Source: Corallococcus sp. bb12-1 (GTDB taxonomy: Bacteria > Myxococcota > Myxococcia > Myxococcales > Myxococcaceae). Taken from it: a DNA stretch of 13,011 nt. Positions 1-5,988 of the stretch are shown here, in pieces; position 1 is the stretch's first letter; every line of letters starts with the position of its first letter. The stretch is from assembly GCF_026626765.1 (NCBI RefSeq), contig NZ_JAPNJZ010000012.1, positions 1 to 13,011 on the forward strand. Direction: 5' to 3'. The notes below the pieces were generated by a model. It did not search any database. It was not told where the DNA came from and saw nothing but the letters and a program-made list of their open reading frames with translations. The translations under genes and the position numbers were made by a program.

Positions 1-1735
1 CGGTGTCGGCGGTGCCTGCGTCCCTGCCGGAGGTGTCCGGCTGCGCGTCCCGGGAGGGGAGCGCCCTGGCGGAGAAGCTCGTCAGCAGTTCTGTCGGAGG
101 GCTCGGCTCACTCCGGTGACCGCCCAGGGGCTCCGGTTCTTCCTTCGCCGGTGCGGTCGGGAGGGTGGTCCTGGCGGTGTCGCTCCCGCTGTCCACCGAT
201 TCGGTCCGTGAAGGGGCTCGCGAAGGCTCCGGGGCCGGCGCGCGCTCACGCAGCGGCAGGCCCAGCACCATGGGCACCTCATCCGGCCGCATGTCGGGCT
301 CGGTCTTCACGAGCCGCGTGTCCATCCCTTCGTCCAGGGCCATGCCCATCACCAGGGGCAGGTCCTCGGCGCCTTCCTTGGGTGCCGCCGGTTCCGGAGC
401 CGCGGCCTCGGACGGAGCGGCTGGCGCGGCGGGCTTCGCGGCCGGCTTGGGCGCTGGCGCGGGCTTCGAGGCCTCCGGCATGCCCAGGCTCGCGAGCCGG
501 TTGGTGGGCGTGCCCGTCATGGTGACGTCGGGCGGCTCGTTGGCGGCGCCCACCGGCAGGTTTCCGCGGTTCTTCAGGAGCGAATCATAGAGGTCCAGCA
601 GCTGGCCCCGGATGAGGCCCGCGTCCAGCACCTTCTCCGCGTACTCGCGACCGGCCCGCCCCAGCGCCACGCGGCGGGGCACGTCGCGCGCCAGCTCCAC
701 GATGCGCTCGGCGAGCGCGCGGCTGTCCCCGGGTGGGAAGAAGACGGCCGCGTCCTGGGGGATGAGCTCGCGGGTGACGGGCAGGTCCGCGGCGATGACG
801 GGCCGGCCGGAGGCCATGTATTCGGAGACCTTGGCCAGCGGTCCGCCCTGGACCCGGTTGCGCTCCGAGTCGTCCAGGGGCAGCACACCCACGTCCGCCA
901 GGGCCAGCACCTTGAAGAGGTCGTCGTGGACGACGGGCGGCTGGAAGTCGACCTTCTCCTTGAGCCCCAGGTCCTTGACCAGGTCGTCCAGGTGGGGCTT
1001 CCAGTCCGGATGGTGCGCGCCCACGAGCGTCAGGCGCACGTCCACCTGCTGGGCGGCGAGCGCCGTGGCCCTCAGGAGGGTGGGCAGGCCCTGCCAGCCG
1101 ACGTGGCTGCCCAGGTACATCATCCTCAGGGGCGTGCCATCCGGGGCGCCGAGCACCTCCGGGTCATAGGGCTTCAGGTCCACGGGCGCGCGCAGCATGC
1201 GCAGCTGGTCTTCCGCCGCGCCCAGCCCCTGGATGTACCCGCGCGTCGTCTGGGAGCCCGTGACGACGAGGTCCGCGTTCATCAGGCAGAAGAGCTCCTG
1301 CCGGCGGATCTTCGACAGGAAGCGGCGGTCCCCGTCCGTCTGGGGATGGGTGTAGCGCAGCTCCTGCGAGGGGAAGGTCTGCGCCTCATAGATGAGGCGG
1401 TAGCCGTAGTCCGCCTTCAGCTCGCAGAGCGCGTAGCCGCCGAAGGGGTCCGTGAAGTGGGCGAGGGCGTAGTCCTCGCTTTCCAGCTGCCGACGCACGG
1501 CCCGCTCGAAGGATTGGATGCGCGAGGCCAGGTCGCCGGAGCCTACCGGGACGCGAAGCAGCCGTGCGCCCTGGTACTTCTCGATGTGGGAGTGGTCGGG
1601 CGTCTTCGCCGACAGCACCACCACGGAGAAGCGGTCAGGCAACGCCTTCAGATACTCGGTCAGTCGGCGTGAGGAGCCAGACGGGCCGGGGATGACGTCG
1701 AAGCTGCACAGGAGAAGTCTGGGCAGGTCACTCAA
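1..1735 (-). CDS. Family 4 glycosyltransferase (GT-B fold) with a ~200-aa Pro/Ala-rich low-complexity C-terminal extension. The C-terminus runs off the 5' edge of the window (partial, >578 aa).
   Basis: The start is TTG at 1733-1735, the only canonical start after an in-frame TGA three codons upstream. I checked the reverse-complement translation by hand: MSDLPRLLLCSFDVIPGPSGSSRRLTEYLKALPDRFSVVVLSAKTPDHSHIEKYQGARLLRVPVGSGD... continuing to ...VSEYMASGRPVIAADLPVTRELIPQDAAVFFPPGDSRALAERIVELARD... This is a typical GT4 N-terminal Rossmann domain plus the C-terminal nucleotide-sugar-binding motif. The frame stays open with high GC3 through a PAPAPKPAAKPAAPAAPSEAAAPEPAAPKE... tail all the way to position 1. 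It is not in the supplied ORF track, presumably because it is edge-truncated. Confidence 0.75.
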   Translation of the reverse strand, partial: MSDLPRLLLCSFDVIPGPSGSSRRLTEYLKALPDRFSVVVLSAKTPDHSHIEKYQGARLLRVPVGSGDLASRIQSFERAVRRQLESEDYALAHFTDPFGGYALCELKADYGYRLIYEAQTFPSQELRYTHPQTDGDRRFLSKIRRQELFCLMNADLVVTGSQTTRGYIQGLGAAEDQLRMLRAPVDLKPYDPEVLGAPDGTPLRMMYLGSHVGWQGLPTLLRATALAAQQVDVRLTLVGAHHPDWKPHLDDLVKDLGLKEKVDFQPPVVHDDLFKVLALADVGVLPLDDSERNRVQGGPLAKVSEYMASGRPVIAADLPVTRELIPQDAAVFFPPGDSRALAERIVELARDVPRRVALGRAGREYAEKVLDAGLIRGQLLDLYDSLLKNRGNLPVGAANEPPDVTMTGTPTNRLASLGMPEASKPAPAPKPAAKPAAPAAPSEAAAPEPAAPKEGAEDLPLVMGMALDEGMDTRLVKTEPDMRPDEVPMVLGLPLRERAPAPEPSRAPSRTESVDSGSDTARTTLPTAPAKEEPEPLGGHRSEPSPPTELLTSFSARALPSRDAQPDTSGRDAGTADT

Positions 1736-1864
1736 GCGGTCGCAGGATACTTGGACATGGGGAAGGTGTCATCGGTCGTGACGGAAGAAGAACGGGGTCC
1801 GCAGACAAACACATCCCGTGACGGATGCGTTGACCCCCTGTATGCCGCGACATAACGAGGCGGG
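1736..1864. promoter_or_regulatory. Divergent intergenic/promoter region between the GT4 gene (-) and the DUF4912 gene (+). It contains an exact 9-bp direct repeat CGTGACGGA (1777-1785 and 1817-1825, 40 bp apart) and a TTGACC -35-like hexamer at 1830-1835.
   Basis: GC content is locally lower here. The 9-mer occurs exactly twice within 129 bp. I found no convincing -10 hexamer at 17 bp spacing: TAACGA at 1853-1858 is poor, and CATAAC at 1851-1856 sits at 15 bp. Confidence 0.3.
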
Positions 1865-4270
1865 GTGTCCATGGATGAGCGGAAGGGCGTCACCTTGAGC
1901 TACCTGCGCGAGCTGGCCCGGAAATACCTCCGGGAGCGCTCCGGCGCGTCCCGAGGGCGTGAGTTCGTCGCCGCGCTGGCCGAGCGTGTTCCCGCCCTGG
2001 GGCGGCTCGCGCGCCTGGCAGGACTGAGCGTGTCCCAGCGCGGCTCCGGTGACGTGGGCGGTGAAGAGCGCAAGCTGGATTCCGGACCGCCGGATTCTGG
2101 TCCGGTGCAGGGCGCGAAGCCCGGGGCCGTTCCCCTGCCGCCTCCGGAGGTCGCTGACGCCGAAGGCGCACAGGCACGAGAACTTTTCTCGGAACCCATC
2201 ACCGAGCCCAGTGGTGGGCCCCGGACGCGGCCGGCCCGGGTGGTGACGTTCCCTGGCCGTGGTGGCAAGTCGCGCCGGGACCCGGACGACGAGGACACGC
2301 TGCCCTCGTTCCCGGAGACGCCCACGCCGCGTCCTTCGAGCGCGCCGACGCAGGACGCCGCGCCCCCGGCCGCCGCCGGAGCGGGCTTTGCGCCCGTAAG
2401 CGAGCCCCCGCATGCCGCCGAGCCCCTGGTGGAGGGGTTCTTCGTGACGAAGGTCGCGGGGCAGGCCGAAGCGCGCCGCCATCATCTGTTGGAGGAGCAG
2501 GCGCCGCGCCTGCCCCCCGCGGACCCGACGCCCGAGCGGCAGGAGCACCTGGGCGAGCTGCCCCTGGACTACCAGGACGACGCGATGGTGCTGCTCGCGC
2601 GCGATCCGCACACGCTCTTCGTCCTCTGGGACTTCAGTGATGCCAGCCGGCAGCGGGCCCTGGATGAGCTGCCGTCGCCGCGCGCGGTGCTGAAGGTGTT
2701 CGACGGGGAGGGTGTGTCGCGCGAGGTGGACTTCGCGTTGGAGTCGCGCAGCTTCTACCTGCGGGAGATGGCCCCCGGCCGCACGTACCGGGTGGAGGCG
2801 CACTTCGTCGGCTCGGATGGTCGTTCGCGCCGCATCGGACATTCGTCGAACCGGGCGACGCTGCCGCCGGCGGGACCGTCCTCGGACACGTCCATCCGGT
2901 TCCTGCACATGCCGCCCCCGCCCGTCGTGAACCGCGCGCGTGAGCAGGCCGTGCCGGTGGTGGCCCCGCGTGCCGCGGAGCCGCAGGAGCGCGAGTACGT
3001 GACGTGGCGCCGGGTGACGCTGCCGGGCAGCGCGGGCGTGCGCGACGTGCCGGAGGTGCACCGCGAGCGGGCCCCGGGCGCTTCGGATCAGCGCTATGGG
3101 GAGGCGCCCTACCTTGAGAATGTTCCCCGGGCGCCGGGGGCTTCGGACCAGCGGTATGCGCGTGGGGCGGAGGCGACGCCCGGTGAGGGCCTACCCCTGG
3201 CGCCTCCGCGTGCCCCGGGTGCTTCGGATCAGCGCTACCTGTCGGTGGATCGCGCGCCGGGCGCTTCGGATCAGCGCTACGGGCAGACGCTGCTTCCGGG
3301 CGGTGTGTCGGAGTATCGCTACCTGGAGGTTTCTTCCCGCGCCGCCGGAGCTTCGGAACAGCGCTACGTGGAAGGTGCTGGAGGGCAGGGCGCGTCGGGG
3401 CAGAAGTACATCGACGTGCCGCGAGCCCCCGGGGCTTCGGACCAGCGCTACCTCACGGTGTCGCCGGGGCCCGGGGCTTCGGATCAGCAGTACCTGACGG
3501 TGCCTCGTGCGGCGGGTGCATCGGATCAGCGGTATCTGGCCATGGATCGGGTGCCGGGTGCTTCGGATCAGCGGTACCTGACGGTGCCTCGTGCCGCTGG
3601 CGCATCGGAGCAACGCTACCTGGGCACGGAGGGCGCTTCGGGTCCGCAGTACCTGACGGTGCCTCGCGCGGCCGGGGCTTCGGATGCGCGCTATCTGGAG
3701 GACTCGCGCGCACCGGCGGGCCCGCCCGCGGCGCAGGGGCCTGCTGCTCCGCTTCCCGTGAATGGCCGAGGCGTGGGGAATGGCTCGCGCGCGCCTGCGA
3801 CGCCGGTCGCCGCGAAGCGGCCCGCGGACTCCTCCGCGTCGGACTCCCGTGCTCCAGGGGCGGTGGCTCCTGCGTCCTCGCGAGCCTCGGAGGCCGGGGC
3901 TCCCAGCGAGCCGTGGTCCTTGAGCGTGGCGCGCGGTCTGACCGCGTCCGAACAGCGAGCCCTCGACAAGGCGAGAGAAGCTGCCGAGGCGTCGCGGGAG
4001 GCCCCTCCGGCTCCCGCGCCTTCGGGTAACCCTGCTTCGACGGATGCGACGCCCGTGGCCTCGAAGGCCCCTGCCGCTCCTGTGGTGCCGAGCGCTCCAT
4101 CCGCAAAGGCCACCACGCCCCGGACGGAAGCCGCACCCGCTCAACCCTCGGCGCCCTCGAAGCCCGCCCCTCCGGAGCCGCTCGGGAAGGGCTCGCCGGA
4201 GCCTTCGTCTCCGGACTCCAAGTCCTCCACCTCCAAGTCCCGGCGCGCTTCGCGCCGTGGACGTTCGTGA
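1865..4270 (+). CDS. Rho_N-like N-terminus plus DUF4912 domain protein (801 aa). It has an internal array of ~14 tandem GASDQRY-type repeats and a Pro/Ala/Ser-rich C-terminal tail ending in a basic KSRRASRRGRS.
   Basis: The ORF track has a GTG start at 1865, with GAGG 6 nt upstream; an alternative ATG lies at 1871. The N-terminus LSYLRELARKYLRERSGASRGREFVAALAE resembles the Rho termination factor N-terminal (SAP-like) motif usually found at the start of DUF4912 proteins. The core LPLDYQDDAMVLLARDPHTLFVLWDFSDASRQRALDELP...RAVLKVFDGEGVSREVDFALESRSFYLREMAPGRTYRVEAHFVGSDGRSRRIGHSSNRATL is DUF4912-like. The stop is TGA at 4268-4270. Confidence 0.8.
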   Translation: MSMDERKGVTLSYLRELARKYLRERSGASRGREFVAALAERVPALGRLARLAGLSVSQRGSGDVGGEERKLDSGPPDSGPVQGAKPGAVPLPPPEVADAEGAQARELFSEPITEPSGGPRTRPARVVTFPGRGGKSRRDPDDEDTLPSFPETPTPRPSSAPTQDAAPPAAAGAGFAPVSEPPHAAEPLVEGFFVTKVAGQAEARRHHLLEEQAPRLPPADPTPERQEHLGELPLDYQDDAMVLLARDPHTLFVLWDFSDASRQRALDELPSPRAVLKVFDGEGVSREVDFALESRSFYLREMAPGRTYRVEAHFVGSDGRSRRIGHSSNRATLPPAGPSSDTSIRFLHMPPPPVVNRAREQAVPVVAPRAAEPQEREYVTWRRVTLPGSAGVRDVPEVHRERAPGASDQRYGEAPYLENVPRAPGASDQRYARGAEATPGEGLPLAPPRAPGASDQRYLSVDRAPGASDQRYGQTLLPGGVSEYRYLEVSSRAAGASEQRYVEGAGGQGASGQKYIDVPRAPGASDQRYLTVSPGPGASDQQYLTVPRAAGASDQRYLAMDRVPGASDQRYLTVPRAAGASEQRYLGTEGASGPQYLTVPRAAGASDARYLEDSRAPAGPPAAQGPAAPLPVNGRGVGNGSRAPATPVAAKRPADSSASDSRAPGAVAPASSRASEAGAPSEPWSLSVARGLTASEQRALDKAREAAEASREAPPAPAPSGNPASTDATPVASKAPAAPVVPSAPSAKATTPRTEAAPAQPSAPSKPAPPEPLGKGSPEPSSPDSKSSTSKSRRASRRGRS
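3068..3700 (+). repeat. In-frame degenerate tandem repeat array inside the DUF4912 gene: about 14 copies, 11 good and 3 degenerate. The peptide unit is P-R-A-[PA]-G-A-S-[DE]-Q-R-Y-L-T-V and the DNA core is gcttcggatcagcgctac. Unit spacing is 37-81 bp, settling to ~41 bp in the last six copies.
   Basis: The core occurs near 3079, 3138, 3219, 3261, 3347, 3431, 3473, 3517, 3558, 3599 and 3674. Degenerate copies lie near 3311 (SEYRYL), 3391 (GASGQKYI) and 3636 (GASGPQYL). Confidence 0.9.
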
Positions 4271-4296
4271 ACCCGCACGGCCTCTTCGACTGACCT

Positions 4297-5886
4297 ATGA
4301 GCCTGGGCTCCCTCGCGCTGGTCCTCCACGCACATCTCCCCTTCGTCCGTCACCCCGAGCACGAGGACTTCCTCGAGGAGGACTGGCTCTACGAAGCCAT
4401 CTCCGAGACGTACCTGCCGCTGCTGCGCGTGTTCGACGCGCTGGTCGAGGATCGCGTCCCCTTCCGGGTGACGATGACGCTCTCGCCCACGCTCGTCACG
4501 ATGCTCAACGACGACCTGCTGCGCGAGCGCTACGCCCGGCGTCTGGACCTGCTCTGCGAGCTGGGCGCCCGCGAGGTGCACCGCACCCGTCACGACGCCA
4601 CGTTCCATCCGCTGGCCGTCTTCCACCGCGACCACTTCGACTCGCTGCGCCTCGCGTACAACAACCACTACCGGCGCGACCTGGTCGGCGCGTTCCGCAG
4701 GCTCCAGGACGCAGGCCACCTGGAGATCCTCACCTGCAACGCCACCCACGGCTTCCTGCCGCTGATGCAGCAGACGCCCGAGGCCGTGCGCGCCCAGGTG
4801 ACGGTGGCGGCGAACCACTACCGGCAGAACTTCGGCCGTGACCCCGCGGGCATCTGGCTGGCCGAGTGCGGCTACTACCCGGGCCTGGAGCGCATCCTCT
4901 CCGCCGAGCGCATCCGCTATTTCTTCGTCGACACGCACGCGCTCACGGACGCCACCCCCCGCCCGCTGCACGGCCCCTACGCCCCCATCTTCACCGAGCC
5001 GGGCGTCGCCGCCTTCGCGCGCGACCCGGAGAGCAGCCAGCAGGTGTGGAGCACCGAGCACGGCTACCCGGGCGACCCCGTGTACCGCGAGTTCTACCGG
5101 GACATCGGCTGGGACCTGGACCAGGACTACATCCGGCCCTTCATCCAGCCCACCGGCGACCGGAAGAACACCGGCTTCAAGTACTTCCGCATCACCGGCA
5201 AGACGAACGACAAGCAGCCCTATGATCCGGCCGCGGCCCGCGAGCGCGCGGCCGTGCACGCCGGCAACTTCCTCTTCAACCGCGAGCGGCAGTTCGAATA
5301 CCTCGCCTCGCGCATGGGCGGCCGCAAGCCCGTGGTCGTCGCGCCCTACGACGCGGAGCTGTTCGGTCACTGGTGGTTCGAAGGCCCCCACTTCATCGAA
5401 GCACTCATCCGTCAGGCCGCGCGCGAGCCCCGGAAGTTCGACCTCATCAGCCCTCTGGACGACCTGCGCGCGCACCCGGAGAACCAGGTGGCCACGCCGC
5501 CCCTGTCGTCCTGGGGCGCGGGCGGGTACGCGAACATGTGGCTGGATGGGAGCAACGACTGGATCTACCGGCACCTGGACCACTGCGCGAAGCAGATGGT
5601 GGCGCTGGCTCGGGACTTCCCCGACGCCTCGTCCTTGCCGCGCCGGGCGCTGAACCAGGCCGCGCGCGAGCTGCTGCTGGCGCAGTCCTCCGACTGGGCC
5701 TTCATCATGAAGACCGGCACCATGGTGGACTACGCCGTGCGCCGGACGAAGGAGCACCTGCAGCGCTTCCTGCGCCTGCACGACCAGGTGCGCGCGGGAA
5801 CCGTCGATGAAGCGTGGCTGTCCCATGTGGAGGGCCGCGACAACCTGTTTCCAGAACTGGACTACCGGGTGTACCGGCCCGGTTGA
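4297..5886 (+). CDS. Glycoside hydrolase family 57 protein, a 1,4-alpha-glucan branching-enzyme homologue (GH57 catalytic domain plus C-terminal DUF1957-type helical domain), 529 aa.
   Basis: ATG at 4297. The N-terminus MSLGSLALVLHAHLPFVRHPEHEDF matches the GH57 family start motif (hydrophobic stretch then HxHLP[FY]V). GIWLAECGYYPG contains the family's WxAE nucleophile region. WWFEGPHFIE and the C-terminal helical region are also GH57-like. The length is typical for GH57 branching enzymes. The gene lies 26 bp downstream of the DUF4912 gene on the same strand, so an operon is likely. Confidence 0.85.
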   Translation: MSLGSLALVLHAHLPFVRHPEHEDFLEEDWLYEAISETYLPLLRVFDALVEDRVPFRVTMTLSPTLVTMLNDDLLRERYARRLDLLCELGAREVHRTRHDATFHPLAVFHRDHFDSLRLAYNNHYRRDLVGAFRRLQDAGHLEILTCNATHGFLPLMQQTPEAVRAQVTVAANHYRQNFGRDPAGIWLAECGYYPGLERILSAERIRYFFVDTHALTDATPRPLHGPYAPIFTEPGVAAFARDPESSQQVWSTEHGYPGDPVYREFYRDIGWDLDQDYIRPFIQPTGDRKNTGFKYFRITGKTNDKQPYDPAAARERAAVHAGNFLFNRERQFEYLASRMGGRKPVVVAPYDAELFGHWWFEGPHFIEALIRQAAREPRKFDLISPLDDLRAHPENQVATPPLSSWGAGGYANMWLDGSNDWIYRHLDHCAKQMVALARDFPDASSLPRRALNQAARELLLAQSSDWAFIMKTGTMVDYAVRRTKEHLQRFLRLHDQVRAGTVDEAWLSHVEGRDNLFPELDYRVYRPG

Positions 5887-5893
5887 GCGCTTC

Positions 5894-5919
5894 GGGAACA
5901 GGCGGGCTGGCCGGGAGTT
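5894..5919 (+). promoter_or_regulatory. Candidate ECF-sigma-type promoter upstream of the htrA/degP homologue: GGGAACA (5894-5900), a 16-nt spacer, then GTT (5917-5919).
   Basis: A GGAAC -35 followed 16-17 nt later by a GTT-containing -10 is the general architecture of ECF sigma (SigE/SigH/SigR-type) promoters. It sits about 70 bp upstream of the ATG at 5989. This is pattern matching only. Confidence 0.3.
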
Positions 5920-5928
5920 AACCTCCCG
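5912..5928. terminator. Short GC-rich hairpin CGGGAG-ttaac-CTCCCG (6-bp stem, 5-nt loop), 26 bp after the GH57 stop codon. It has no T-tract.
   Basis: The inverted repeat is seen directly at 5912-5917 and 5923-5928. It could be a weak terminator or processing stem for the DUF4912-GH57 transcript. It also overlaps the putative ECF -10 element, so its role is ambiguous. Confidence 0.2.
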
Positions 5929-5988
5929 CGAGCGGACGATGTCGTTCCGGTTGCGGGGACTCGTTTCCGCTTTAGCTTGAAGGAATCC

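Noticed and set aside
926-1672. A 248-aa plus-strand ORF, with neighbouring plus-strand ORFs at 151-1169.
   Set aside because: They are antisense to the GT4 gene, whose minus-strand translation shows canonical GT-B motifs over its whole length. The plus-frame products are RA-rich.
1769-3061. A 430-aa minus-strand ORF, plus the other ORFs in the 1890-4144 region (minus strand, one plus-strand at 3096-3497).
   Set aside because: They are antisense to the DUF4912 gene, whose plus-strand reading is supported by the Rho_N-like motif, the DUF4912 core and the in-frame repeat array. These are GC-driven artefacts.
3068-3700. Whether the repeat array could be a CRISPR array or a non-coding satellite.
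   Set aside because: The repeats are in-frame and codon-biased, and they encode a conserved peptide motif. Spacing is irregular (37-81 bp) and the 'spacers' are themselves related. There are no cas genes. It is a coding tandem repeat.
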